Below are positions 49,762 to 59,417 of a DNA stretch of 64,000 nucleotides, one piece after another. Below the pieces are notes generated by a model, which did no database searches, had not been told where the DNA came from, and worked only from the letters and a program-made list of their open reading frames with translations. How positions within the stretch are numbered: the first letter of the stretch is position 1; every line of letters begins with the position of its first letter. The DNA comes from an uncultured Alphaproteobacteria bacterium (GTDB lineage Bacteria > Pseudomonadota > Alphaproteobacteria > Sphingomonadales > Sphingomonadaceae). The stretch spans positions 64,325 through 128,324 of the forward strand of contig CAVZPV010000005.1 in the NCBI GenBank assembly GCA_963777295.1. The letters run 5' to 3'. Position numbers and translations under genes: made by a program.

Positions 49762-51255
49762 TCACTCGGCGGGAGCCGCGGCTTCGACCGTGAACCCGCG
49801 CAGTGACAGCGATTGGTTCCGCAGCCCTAGCCAGGCAGCGAGCGCGACACCGTAGAGGCCAAGACCGGCGATCAAAGGCAGCGGCTGGAACGGGAGCTGG
49901 AGCCGTAGCGGCGCGAGCCCCGCCGCGAAGGCGGCGGCGACGCCGAGCGCTGCCGCGACGAACGGGCCGGCATGGTGGCTGTGCGGCACGTCAAGATGGA
50001 AATGGGTCCGCAGCACGACGCTGCGCATCGCCGCCCGCACCGAATAAGCGACGAGCACAGACAGGGCCGCGCCGCCGATCCCGAGCGGCTGCACGAGCAG
50101 CAGCGCGGCGGCGATGCCGAGGACGATGCTGATCAGCGTCAGCCACAGGCCGAGCTTCGGGCGCAGATAGACGAAGACGAGATCGCCGATGCTGAAGGCG
50201 GCCTGGATCGCCTCGGCGGCAGCGAGCGCGAGCATCGGCCAATAGCCGGCCTCGAACCCCGCTCCCAGGAAGTGGAGCAAGGGACGGCCGGCGGCGAACA
50301 GGCCGACGATGATCGGCAGCTGGATGGCGAGGATAAGCCGCGTCGCGGAGGCGAGCGCCTCGCCCGAGCCTTTCGAGCCGCGCGCGGAAAGGGTGCGCGC
50401 CACGAGTGGGATGAGCAGCCCGTCGAAGCTCTGGCGCACCTGGCGGATCGGCACAGAAATCTGCTTCGCCATGCCGTAGACGCCGGCCGAGCCCGCGCCG
50501 AGCATCAGGCCGACGATCCACAGGTCGACGCGTGTGTAGAGGGCGTTGAGCAGATCGGTCGCCGTATTGGCACTCGCAAGATGCAGCGCCGGGACGAGGG
50601 TGGCGCGGCGCGGCCGCCAGGCGCGGATGCGGAAGCCGCCGAAGGTCCGCCGCGCGCCCGCCATCGCATAAGCGAGCGCGGCCAGCGTCCCGCACCAATA
50701 GCCGATCAGCAATCCGGTCTCGCGCAGGCCCAGCGTCCAGGCGATCGAGGCGCCGATCAGCAAGGCATAAGGTTCGACCAGGCTGCGGGCGACCACCTCG
50801 AAGCGGATGGCGTGCTTCCAGCGGGTCGCGGCGAGGAAGAGATCGAGCAAGGACTGGCCCGCCACCATCGGCGCGAGCGCTGCCACCGCGAACGGAGCGC
50901 CGCCGGCGAAGGAGATCGGGAAGAAGGCGGCGATCGCGGCGATCGCACCGCCGACGGCGACGCTGGCGAGCGTCACCAGCAGGACGGCGTCGAGCAGGAT
51001 GTGGGGCAGCGGCCGGTCGCTACGCCTGCCGTCGAGCAGCTGGAAGATCACCTTCTTCATGCCGAGGCTGCCGACGCTCACCGCGAGCTCGACCGCGGCG
51101 ACGGCCAGCACATAGGCGCCGAACAGGTCCTTGCCGAACAGCCGCCCGGCAATGAAAAGGAACAGCAGGCGCGCACCCAGCCGGCCGGCAAAGCCGGCGG
51201 TCGTCGCCTGCGCGCCGCGGATGATCAGCCGACCGGCATCCCTGGGGTGATTCAT
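49762..51255 (-). CDS. Oligosaccharide flippase (Wzx/MOP family)
   Basis: About 12-14 TM; LFG...FG.Y.LA, D....G.ML....AGVY..A pattern. Confidence 0.8.
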   Translation of the reverse strand: MNHPRDAGRLIIRGAQATTAGFAGRLGARLLFLFIAGRLFGKDLFGAYVLAVAAVELAVSVGSLGMKKVIFQLLDGRRSDRPLPHILLDAVLLVTLASVAVGGAIAAIAAFFPISFAGGAPFAVAALAPMVAGQSLLDLFLAATRWKHAIRFEVVARSLVEPYALLIGASIAWTLGLRETGLLIGYWCGTLAALAYAMAGARRTFGGFRIRAWRPRRATLVPALHLASANTATDLLNALYTRVDLWIVGLMLGAGSAGVYGMAKQISVPIRQVRQSFDGLLIPLVARTLSARGSKGSGEALASATRLILAIQLPIIVGLFAAGRPLLHFLGAGFEAGYWPMLALAAAEAIQAAFSIGDLVFVYLRPKLGLWLTLISIVLGIAAALLLVQPLGIGGAALSVLVAYSVRAAMRSVVLRTHFHLDVPHSHHAGPFVAAALGVAAAFAAGLAPLRLQLPFQPLPLIAGLGLYGVALAAWLGLRNQSLSLRGFTVEAAAPAE

Positions 51256-51359
51256 TGGCGGCACCGCGGCGGCATTGCAGCCTGCTCTATCGTTCGGCGG
51301 CGGCCCGCGCGCAACATTTCGCTTGTCAGGCCGCCGCCGAGCAGCGACCAAGCGGCGCC

Positions 51360-52514
51360 ATGCCGCCCCCCGGTGCCACTTCGGACGCGCGTCCCGTGGC
51401 GGCGATCTTCCGCTCGCCGCTATTCAACGCCTCGGAGACGTTCGTCCGGACCCACGCTTTGTCGCTGCGCCGCTACCGGCCGCTGGTGGTGGGGCTGGAG
51501 CGGAAGGGGCATGTCCTGCCCGCGCTGGAGGACAAGCTGCTCGTCGCGACCGAGGCGGAACGTGCGGCGCTGAAATTCCTCGGTGCCGCTGGACGACTGG
51601 CGGAGCGGCTCCGGCCGTTCGCGCCGCGGCTGATCCACGCCCATTTCGGCACCGACGGGCTGGTCGCGCTGCCGCTCGCCGAGACGCTAGGAATCCCGCT
51701 GGCGACGACGCTCCACGGCTTCGAGGTCAGCCGCTCGTTCGAGGCTATGTTCTTTTCCGGCCGTCTCTCCTGGTTGCGCTATGCGGTCGCCAGGCGCCGG
51801 CTGCAGCGGCGCGGCGACCTGTTCATCGCCGTCTCAGAGGCGATTAGGGCGAAGGCGCTGGCGCAGGGCTATCCGCCGGAGCGGACCATCGTCCATTATA
51901 ACGGGATCGATCTCGCCCGCTTCGCGGCGCGGGCGGGACCGCGCGAGTCCGATCTCGTCCTTCATGTCGGTCGGCTGGTCGAGAAGAAGGGGACTCGGCT
52001 TCTCCTCAACGCGCTTGTCGAGGTGCCGCAGGCGCGGCTCGTCATTCTCGGCGACGGCCCGCTCCGTCCGAGGTTGGAGCGGCACGCCGCCGCCCGCGGC
52101 ATTGCCGAGCGCGTCCGCTTCCTCGGCGCACAACCGCCGGAGGAAGTGGCGCGCTGGATGGGCCGCGCGGCCTTGCTCGCGGCACCGAGCATCACCGCGC
52201 GCGACGGCGATAGCGAGGGCCTCCCGACCGTGGTGATCGAGGCCGCCGCCGTCTCGCTCCCGGCCGTGGTCTCCGACCATAGCGGGCTGCCCGAGGCGGT
52301 GGTCGACGGGCGCAGCGGCTTCGTCGTGCCGGAAGGCGATGCGACGGCGCTCGCGGCGCGGATTGCAGAACTGATCGCCTCACCGGAGCTTCAGCCGCGG
52401 ATGGGCGGGGCCGCGCGGGCTGTCGCGGAGGAACGGTTCGACGCGGCGCGGCAGGCGACGGCGCTGGAGGCGCATTACGATGCCCTGGTCGAGGCAGGCC
52501 CGCGATGCGCCTGA
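51360..52514 (+). CDS. Glycosyltransferase family 4 (WcaL-like)
   Basis: SETFV, IHAHFG, T.HG, YNGID, VGRLVEKKG, GD.EGLP....EA. Confidence 0.88.
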   Translation: MPPPGATSDARPVAAIFRSPLFNASETFVRTHALSLRRYRPLVVGLERKGHVLPALEDKLLVATEAERAALKFLGAAGRLAERLRPFAPRLIHAHFGTDGLVALPLAETLGIPLATTLHGFEVSRSFEAMFFSGRLSWLRYAVARRRLQRRGDLFIAVSEAIRAKALAQGYPPERTIVHYNGIDLARFAARAGPRESDLVLHVGRLVEKKGTRLLLNALVEVPQARLVILGDGPLRPRLERHAAARGIAERVRFLGAQPPEEVARWMGRAALLAAPSITARDGDSEGLPTVVIEAAAVSLPAVVSDHSGLPEAVVDGRSGFVVPEGDATALAARIAELIASPELQPRMGGAARAVAEERFDAARQATALEAHYDALVEAGPRCA

Positions 52515-53665
52515 CCTACCCTTTGCTCTGGCCGCGGCTCGGGCGGCAGGCGGACCGCGAGCAGACGGTGAATAATGCCGCCGCTCTTGCCCGGCGCGGC
52601 GTCGAGGTCACCCTGCTGATGCCACAGGGGTCGGGCGACCCGGCCCTCTCCGCTGACGATCTGCGCGCTTATTATGGGGTCGCAGGCGACTTCGCCCTCG
52701 TCCAGCGGCGCACCTGGCGGGTAGGCGAGATGGTCGTCCCGCAGACCTTCTGGTTTCGCCAGGTGCTGGGCGACCCAGTCCTCCGGAGCAGCGACCTTCT
52801 CTACTCGCGCATTCCGGTTTCGCTCGCGATGGGCGGCCGGTCTCCGATCCCCTTCGTCTTCGAACATTACCGGCCGTGGCCGGACCGACTGCCGTGGCTC
52901 CGCCCGCTCTTCCGCCGCACCGCGCAGGCAGCGCAGAATCTCGGCTACATCCTCCACTCCGAATTCGCCGCCGAGAGCTTCCGGCGGTTCGGCGTCGCGC
53001 CGGAGAAGATCCTCGTCGCGCATAACGGCTTCGATCCGGCGCGGATGCGGCCGCCGCTCGATCGCGACGCCGCGCGGGGGGCGCTTGGCCTGCCGCTCGA
53101 CCGGACGATCGCCGTCTATGCCGGCCGCGTCAGCCCGCGAAAGGGGCTCGAAACATTGCTGGATGCGGCGGCGTGGCGGCCGGAGATCCTGTTCCTGCTT
53201 GTCGGCTCGGAAGGTGAGGGGCCGGTCGAGGCGGCGGCGCGCGGGCGGGACAATGTGCGTATCCTGCCGTGGCAGATTCCGGATTCGCTGCCGCCCTATC
53301 TGTTCGCCGCCGACATATTGATCATCCCGCCGTCGCGCGCGCCGCTGGAACGGTTCGGCGATTGCGTGCTGCCGATGAAGACCTTCGCCTATCTCGCCGC
53401 CGGCCGGCCGATCCTGGCGCCGCGCAGCCCCGACACGGCCGAATTGCTCCGCGACGGCGAAACGGCCCTGCTGGTGCCGCCGGACAATGCCGAGGGCGCC
53501 GCAGACGGGCTGGCCCGACTCGCCGGCGATCCGGCCTTGCGGACAAGGCTCGGCGTCAATGCGGCGCGGCTCGCGGACGGCCTCAGCTGGGACGCGCGGG
53601 CGGCGCGGATCGCGGCTTTTCTGGAGGAACGGCTCGACGCGGTCAGGCGCCGAGACGCTCGATGA
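52505..53665 (+). CDS. Glycosyltransferase family 4
   Basis: AHNGFD, YAGR....KG, ADILI.P, PMK.F.YLAAG.PI. Confidence 0.85.
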   Translation: MRLTYPLLWPRLGRQADREQTVNNAAALARRGVEVTLLMPQGSGDPALSADDLRAYYGVAGDFALVQRRTWRVGEMVVPQTFWFRQVLGDPVLRSSDLLYSRIPVSLAMGGRSPIPFVFEHYRPWPDRLPWLRPLFRRTAQAAQNLGYILHSEFAAESFRRFGVAPEKILVAHNGFDPARMRPPLDRDAARGALGLPLDRTIAVYAGRVSPRKGLETLLDAAAWRPEILFLLVGSEGEGPVEAAARGRDNVRILPWQIPDSLPPYLFAADILIIPPSRAPLERFGDCVLPMKTFAYLAAGRPILAPRSPDTAELLRDGETALLVPPDNAEGAADGLARLAGDPALRTRLGVNAARLADGLSWDARAARIAAFLEERLDAVRRRDAR

Positions 53666-54575
53666 TTCGCAGGTCGGCCCGGCGCTGAAGCCGCTGCGAC
53701 CAGAGCAGGAGCAGGTTGAGCGGCACGCTCTCAAACAGGAAGAACCACAAGGGCGAACCCGCCGCCATGCTGAGGCCGAGCGCGACGGTGCGCGGATTGG
53801 CGCCGAGCAGCATTTGCGTCCTGAGCGGCGCCCGGGCCGCATCCCGGCACGTTTCGCTTACTTGTTCTCGCTCTTCCGGCCGCGCTTCAGCGCGGGCGAT
53901 CGCGCCGTCGATCCTGCCGCCAAGCGGGTCTGAGGCGGTTGCGAGCGCGACGTAGAGACGTGCGAACGGGCTGAACAAACGAGCGAACAGGCCGGCGTCG
54001 CGGAGCCGTCCGTCATCCGCCGCATAAGCGTTTTTCAGCCAGGGAACGCCGTAAACCCGCCACAAATAGATGCGACGTTGGCTCTCGGCATGGTTCGACT
54101 GCAGGATACGGGAGGCGCCGGAAACGGTGGCGAGCACCCACGCCCAGCCGCCGAGCCAGTCGTCGAGATAGGCCGCAAGCGCGACATAGAGGATGATGTG
54201 GCCGGTATAGTCGCAGACGCCGTCGACGAGCTCGCCGACCGGGGAGGATTTGCCGGTGCGCCGCGCGAGTCCGCCGTCCGCGCCGTCGAAGACGTGCCAC
54301 AGGGCATGGACCGGAAAGCCGAGCAGCACCGACACCGGCCAGGGCAGGCCGGTATAGAGGAACGCCGCGGCTACGATCAGCATCCAACCGGCGAAGGACA
54401 CCATGTTCGGCGTGACCGGAGTCGGCGCCAGCGCATCGGCCAGCCAGTCGGCAAGGGGATGATAGATGCGGGCATTCAGCCAGTCTTCCAGCTCCGGCGG
54501 ATGGGTATCGCGCGGCTCGGCCGGATGCGTGCGGGCGCATTCAGGGGATCGGGCTGTCGCTTCGAAGGCAGTCAA
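53643..54575 (-). CDS. CDP-alcohol phosphotransferase family protein
   Basis: TPN, DGADGGLARRTGKSSPVGELVDGVCD (DxxDGxxAR-x8-G-x3-D-x3-D). Confidence 0.92.
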   Translation of the reverse strand: MTAFEATARSPECARTHPAEPRDTHPPELEDWLNARIYHPLADWLADALAPTPVTPNMVSFAGWMLIVAAAFLYTGLPWPVSVLLGFPVHALWHVFDGADGGLARRTGKSSPVGELVDGVCDYTGHIILYVALAAYLDDWLGGWAWVLATVSGASRILQSNHAESQRRIYLWRVYGVPWLKNAYAADDGRLRDAGLFARLFSPFARLYVALATASDPLGGRIDGAIARAEARPEEREQVSETCRDAARAPLRTQMLLGANPRTVALGLSMAAGSPLWFFLFESVPLNLLLLWSQRLQRRADLRIIERLGA

Positions 54576-54664
54576 GCGAATATTCCTCTCGTCTTTGGGC
54601 GTTCTCTCGTTCTAATGCGCAACCAATGCAAAGCGAAAAGTCGCCATTTGCCGCGGGACCGTCC

Positions 54665-55810
54665 ATGATCGGGCTGTTTTTGCTGCGTTTCGAACGTGCC
54701 GAGCAGGCGGAACGCCGCATCGCGGGGGCCGCTATTGCCGCGCATCTCGCGGCTTTGGCGGACAAGGCTGGCGCCCACGATATCCGAATCGTGACGGTCA
54801 ACGACGTGCCGCTGAAGGCGGAGGCGTGGGACGACGTGCGCCGCGCCTGCCCTTCGGCGCGATTCGACGGCTATGAAGGCGCGCCGGCGGTTTCGGTTTC
54901 CGGACGGATGCTGGTCGGATCCGACGCGCTTTGCGATTTCGCCGAATCGGACGCCCAGATCCTGATCTGGCGCGGCCAGCCGGTCGCACGGAAGACCGCC
55001 GCCGGCGCCGGCACGCTGATCCTGGACGATCACGAAGCCGTATCCTGCGACGATCGGGACGCCGCCGAGCGTTGGCTGCTCAGGCGGACGTCCAAGCCCG
55101 GCGACGGGATCGTCTCGCGCCTGATCAACCGGCCGATCTCGCAGGCCATGTCGCGCTACCTCCTTCGTATCGACGGGATCCGCCCCTGGCACATGACGGT
55201 GGTGACGGCCTTGTTCGCGATGGCGATGATGGTCGCGCTGGTCAGCCGTGGCTACGGCGCTTTGATCGCCGCGGGCCTCCTCTTCCATGCTGCCTCGGTG
55301 ATCGATGGTGTCGACGGCGAGATCGCCCGCGCCTCCTACCGCAGCAGCGCCGCCGGCGCGACGCTCGACACGTCGGTCGACATGGCGACCAACATCTCCT
55401 TCTATCTCGGCTTCACCCTGGCGATGGTGCGGCTTTACGGCGTCCGCGTCGCCGCGCTCGGCGGCCTCACCCTGGTTTTGGCCCTGCTGGGGCTCGGAAT
55501 CATGGCGTGGCTGGCGCGGCGCATCGGCCAGCACGGCTTCGATTTTCTCAAGCGCTTCTACACGACGCGATTCGCCAATGGCTTTCCGCGGGTGATCATC
55601 GATTCCTTCATCACGATCATGAGCCGCGACTTCTTCGCCTTCGCCTGGGCGCTGCTGATCCTGTTCCGCGCGCCACTGGTTATCACCTACGGCCTCGCTT
55701 TCTTCTCCCTGCTGTGGGTCGTGCTGATGCTGATCGCCGCGCCCGCCTTGCTGCGCGAAGGCGAGCCGCTGGCGCCGGCGCGGCTCGCCCTCGGCCGCGG
55801 CTCGTCCTGA
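54665..55810 (+). CDS. CDP-alcohol phosphotransferase with N-terminal degenerate NTP-transferase-like region (DIPPS-like)
   Basis: KPGDGIVSRLINRPIS, DGVDGEIARASYRSSAAGATLDTSVD, MSRD. Confidence 0.88.
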   Translation: MIGLFLLRFERAEQAERRIAGAAIAAHLAALADKAGAHDIRIVTVNDVPLKAEAWDDVRRACPSARFDGYEGAPAVSVSGRMLVGSDALCDFAESDAQILIWRGQPVARKTAAGAGTLILDDHEAVSCDDRDAAERWLLRRTSKPGDGIVSRLINRPISQAMSRYLLRIDGIRPWHMTVVTALFAMAMMVALVSRGYGALIAAGLLFHAASVIDGVDGEIARASYRSSAAGATLDTSVDMATNISFYLGFTLAMVRLYGVRVAALGGLTLVLALLGLGIMAWLARRIGQHGFDFLKRFYTTRFANGFPRVIIDSFITIMSRDFFAFAWALLILFRAPLVITYGLAFFSLLWVVLMLIAAPALLREGEPLAPARLALGRGSS

Positions 55811-55820
55811 GTCCTCTTCC

Positions 55821-56549
55821 ATGCAGTGCCTGATCATTGCCGCCGGGCAGGGAACGCGCCTGCGCAGCCTCGCGCCGTCCAAGCCGCTCGCCGAGGTGAA
55901 CGGCGTACCGCTGCTCGGCCATATCGTCCGGGCCGCGAAGGCGGGCGGTGCCACTTCGTTCCTGGTCGTCACCGGCTATTCGGCGGAGACGGTCGAAGCC
56001 TATCTCCCGCATCTTTCACGGACGGCCGGCGTGCCGATCGAGCCCGTCCGCAACCCCGACTGGCTTCGCCCCAACGGCCTCTCGGTGCTCGCCGCCGCGC
56101 CTTATCTCGCCGAGGAGTTCCTGCTGCTGATGGCCGATCATCTGTTCGATCCCGAGATCGTCAAGGGCCTGCTGGCGGGCCGATCGGCTGATGCCGCGCT
56201 GACGCTGGCGTCGGATTACCACCCGGACAATCCGGAGCTCGATCTCGACGATGCGACCAAGCTGCTCGTCGGCCATGACGGCCGCATCCGCCGGATCGGC
56301 AAGACGATCTCCGATTATAATGCGATCGATACCGGCATCTTCCACGCCACGAAGAGCCTGATCGACGCGCTCCATCGGAGCCTCGACGAAGGCGGCTCCG
56401 GCTCGCTGTCGGAAGGCGTCCAGCGCCTCGCCGCGGACGGCGACGCCTTCGCCCACGATATCGGCGAGGCCTGGTGGATCGACGTCGACGACGAACCCGC
56501 CTTCCTGAAGGCGGAACGTTCGCTCCCGCCGCAATTGCTGCGGGCCTGA
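55821..56549 (+). CDS. NTP transferase (IPCT/LicC-like cytidylyltransferase)
   Basis: IIAAGQGTRL...KPL, VTGY, NGLS, LLMADH, DATK, DTGIF, WIDVDD. Confidence 0.88.
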   Translation: MQCLIIAAGQGTRLRSLAPSKPLAEVNGVPLLGHIVRAAKAGGATSFLVVTGYSAETVEAYLPHLSRTAGVPIEPVRNPDWLRPNGLSVLAAAPYLAEEFLLLMADHLFDPEIVKGLLAGRSADAALTLASDYHPDNPELDLDDATKLLVGHDGRIRRIGKTISDYNAIDTGIFHATKSLIDALHRSLDEGGSGSLSEGVQRLAADGDAFAHDIGEAWWIDVDDEPAFLKAERSLPPQLLRA

Positions 56550-56553
56550 CCCC

Positions 56554-57489
56554 TCAGTCCTCGAACGCCTCCACCAGCGTTCGACGGCCGAGCAGGAAGG
56601 CATCTGCCGCCAGCCGCAGCGGCGTCACGTCGACATGGCTGGTGTGCGAGTCGATCAGCTGGGCGAATTCCTGGTAGATGGAGGGATATTCGCCCGGGCC
56701 CGGCGCGGCTTTCTCCTCGCCGTTGCGGAAGATGCGCGCCCCGCCATCGACGAGCTTGATCTCGTCGCCGGCGGCCGTCTTGACCGCGATCGTCCAGGTC
56801 TCGGCGCCCTGCTGGCGCCAATCGAAGGCCGCGGTGATCGGGCCGTCGGCTGCCGGGCTCTCGAAACGGAGATTGGCCGCGATCGGCGCCTGCTTGTTGT
56901 TTGGAAAGAGCAATTCCGCCTCGCGCACCAACAGGGCGCCGGGAAAGATGCGGGTGGCGATCGACATGGCGTTGATGCCGGGATCGAAGACTCCGAAACC
57001 GCCCGGCTCCCAGACCCAGGCCTGGCCCGGATGCCATTTGCGGACATCCTCCTTCCACTCGATCGCCATCGAAGCAATGCGCTGGCCTTTCAGCAGGTCG
57101 GCCGCTTCGGGCACCGGCGGATTATGCTGCGCATGCCAGGTCGCATAAAGCGTCACCGGCTTCTGCGCCGCCAACCGCGCCAGCTCCTCCACCTCGCCGA
57201 GCGACACGCCGGGCGGCTTTTCGAGCAGGGTCTGGAGCCCCGCCTCGATACAGTCGCGGGCGATGCCGTAGCGGACTGAGGGCGGCGTGCAGATGGCGAC
57301 CGCGTCCAGCTTTACCTTCGCGATCATCTCGGTGTGGCTCGGGAAATTGGGGATGTTCGGCGCACCGTCGGTGCTGCGGCTGACCGTCCCGACCAGCTCG
57401 AAGCGCGGATTGGCGGCGATGGAGGGCGCATGCTGGTCCTGGGCAATCTTGCCGTAGCCGACGATGCCGATCCGCAGCTTGTCGCTCAT
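56554..57489 (-). CDS. Gfo/Idh/MocA oxidoreductase, probable D-galactose/L-arabinose 1-dehydrogenase
   Basis: GIVGYGKIA.DQH, LEKPP, WKEDVRKWHPGQ.W, GVFDPGINA.SI; coupled to dgoKA. Confidence 0.85.
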   Translation of the reverse strand: MSDKLRIGIVGYGKIAQDQHAPSIAANPRFELVGTVSRSTDGAPNIPNFPSHTEMIAKVKLDAVAICTPPSVRYGIARDCIEAGLQTLLEKPPGVSLGEVEELARLAAQKPVTLYATWHAQHNPPVPEAADLLKGQRIASMAIEWKEDVRKWHPGQAWVWEPGGFGVFDPGINAMSIATRIFPGALLVREAELLFPNNKQAPIAANLRFESPAADGPITAAFDWRQQGAETWTIAVKTAAGDEIKLVDGGARIFRNGEEKAAPGPGEYPSIYQEFAQLIDSHTSHVDVTPLRLAADAFLLGRRTLVEAFED

Positions 57490-58115
57490 CCTTTCACTCC
57501 TTCAACATAAGCGCGGGCCCTCGCGCCGGTCTCGGTTGCCGTCCGGCCGGGCGCATAGAGGCCGGAGCCGAGGCCGAAGCCGGCGGCGCCCGCCTCGATC
57601 CAGGGCCGCATCGCGTCCGGCTTGACCCCGCCGACGACGAGCAGCGGAATGTCGCGCGGAAGCACGGCGAGCAAAGCCTTCACCATCGCCGGGGCCGCCG
57701 CTTCGGCCGGAAACAATTTCAGCGAATGAGCGCCGGCGCGCAGCGCCTCGAATGCCTCGGATGGTGTGTAGAAACCGGGCGACGAAACCATCCCCGCCGC
57801 CGCCGTCGCCTCGATCACCGGCGCGAAGGTGCTTGGCGAGACGATGATCCGGCCGCCCGCGTCGCGCACCCGTGCCACGTCTGCCGCCTCCAGCACGGTG
57901 CCGGCGCCAACCAGTGCGCGCTCACCGAGGCTCTTCGCCAGGATCTCGATGCTCTTCAGCGGTTCGGGCGAGTTGAGCGGCACTTCGATGATGCGGATGC
58001 CGGCCTCGTAGATCGCATCGCCGACCGCCTCCGCCTCGCTGGGTGTGATGCCGCGGATGATGGCGACGAGCGGGCATTCGTCCAGCCGCCGTTTGATTTC
58101 GTCCTTCGGGTTCAT
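57486..58115 (-). CDS. dgoA: 2-dehydro-3-deoxy-6-phosphogalactonate aldolase
   Basis: PLVAIIRG, IEVPLNSP, GAGTVL, TPSEAF.A, LKLFPAE, VGGV. Confidence 0.92.
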   Translation of the reverse strand: MNPKDEIKRRLDECPLVAIIRGITPSEAEAVGDAIYEAGIRIIEVPLNSPEPLKSIEILAKSLGERALVGAGTVLEAADVARVRDAGGRIIVSPSTFAPVIEATAAAGMVSSPGFYTPSEAFEALRAGAHSLKLFPAEAAAPAMVKALLAVLPRDIPLLVVGGVKPDAMRPWIEAGAAGFGLGSGLYAPGRTATETGARARAYVEGVKG

Positions 58116-58994
58116 GACACCAGCTCCGCAAGGTGACGCACGCCGGCGAGGAAGACGGTCTCGCCGTCTATCTCCCGCGCCGTTGCCGCCGCAGATGCGG
58201 ATTGCGGCGGCGAAGAGCCGCGTCAAGTCCGGCCGGCCGATAACGGCGACATCCTTCGTACCGTCGAGGCCGATTTTGAGGTCATAGCCGATCAACAGTC
58301 CGCTCGCATAAGGAGCCGCATCCGCGCGCCGCGTCTTGCCGAGCAGCACCCGCGCCCGCACCGAGAAGAGCTCGGCAGTCAGATCGTCATGGCCGTGGGC
58401 GTGCCGGACCCCCGCCTCGAAGGCCGCATTCGGCTCGATCGGGCCTCCGAGCAGGTCGGCGAGAATCGAATGCTCCTTGAGCAGGCTGAACATCTCGCCC
58501 GTCATCACTGTGCGGAACGATGCGATGCGGCGGCCCTCCAGATCGATCCACTTGTTGTGGGTACCGGGATGGCAGACGCGGGCCTCGGGGGGGATCATGC
58601 CGTCCGCCGCAGCGCCGAGGATCTGCACTTCCTCGCCGCGCATCACGTCGGCCCGGCCTTCGGTTGCATAGGAAACGCCCGGCACGATCGCCGCGCGTCC
58701 CGGCTCGGCCCAGACCAGCCGCTCGGCCAGCTCCTGCAGGCCCGCGGGCGCCGGCGCATAGGGCGCTTCGTGCCAGCCGCGATTGGAGCCGATCATTCCG
58801 GCCATCAGCAGAGGCAGATTGCCGAGCCGCTCCCTTATCCGCTCCACCGCCGCCTGAAAGCCGCCGTCCGGGATGGAGAGGATGCCGCGATCGTCCTCCA
58901 TCCGGTCCTCGAGCCGTCCGCCTGGCCCGAGCCGATAGGCACGCCGGTTCGTGGTCCCCCAGTCGACCGCAATGAAACCGTCAGCCCAGCGCAT
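58112..58994 (-). CDS. dgoK: 2-dehydro-3-deoxygalactonokinase (frameshift near 3' end)
   Basis: AVDWGTTN.RA, GMIGS..GW.EAPY, DVMRGEE.Q, PGTH.KW, MTGE.F. Confidence 0.92.
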
Positions 58995-59105
58995 CCATCC
59001 TCTCGCCGCCTATGCAACGCTCGGAGCGGCTTTTGGTCCCGTGGGGCGGCGGGGGCTTTCGCAGGGGCGCAATTCCGTTAGGAAGACGTGGGGGAGGGGC
59101 CAATC

Positions 59106-59414
59106 ATGCTGTTCATCACCTTGCTATTGTCGGTCGCGGTGGCGGCCACGCCGAATGCCGTGCCGCCGTCTTCGAACCATATCCAGCAGCTGCTCCAGGA
59201 GACGGACGGGGCGAGCAAGGAGCGGGCGTTCAAGGTCGATAGTGTGGCGGAAGAATATCAGATCGTCCGCGCGCTCGGGCTGACGCCAGGGGAGCAGTCA
59301 CTCATCTCCGACCATGGTCGCATGTACGACCTGCTGACGGTTACCGATCCCAAGACCCACAAGACGCGTGACCTATGGTTCGACATCAATTCCTTCTTCG
59401 GCAAGGAATTCTGA
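59106..59414 (+). CDS. Small secreted hypothetical protein (DUF4919 C-terminus-like)
   Basis: Signal peptide; DG.S.E.A..V.SV.EEY.....LG......QSL......YD.L...LWFDI. Confidence 0.65.
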   Translation: MLFITLLLSVAVAATPNAVPPSSNHIQQLLQETDGASKERAFKVDSVAEEYQIVRALGLTPGEQSLISDHGRMYDLLTVTDPKTHKTRDLWFDINSFFGKEF

Positions 59415-59417
59415 CGC

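Noticed and set aside
57486-58994. Apparent 502-aa DgoK-DgoA fusion
   Set aside because: The junction reads as out-of-frame sequence and an ATGA overlap exists at 58112-58115, so these are two genes joined by an indel.
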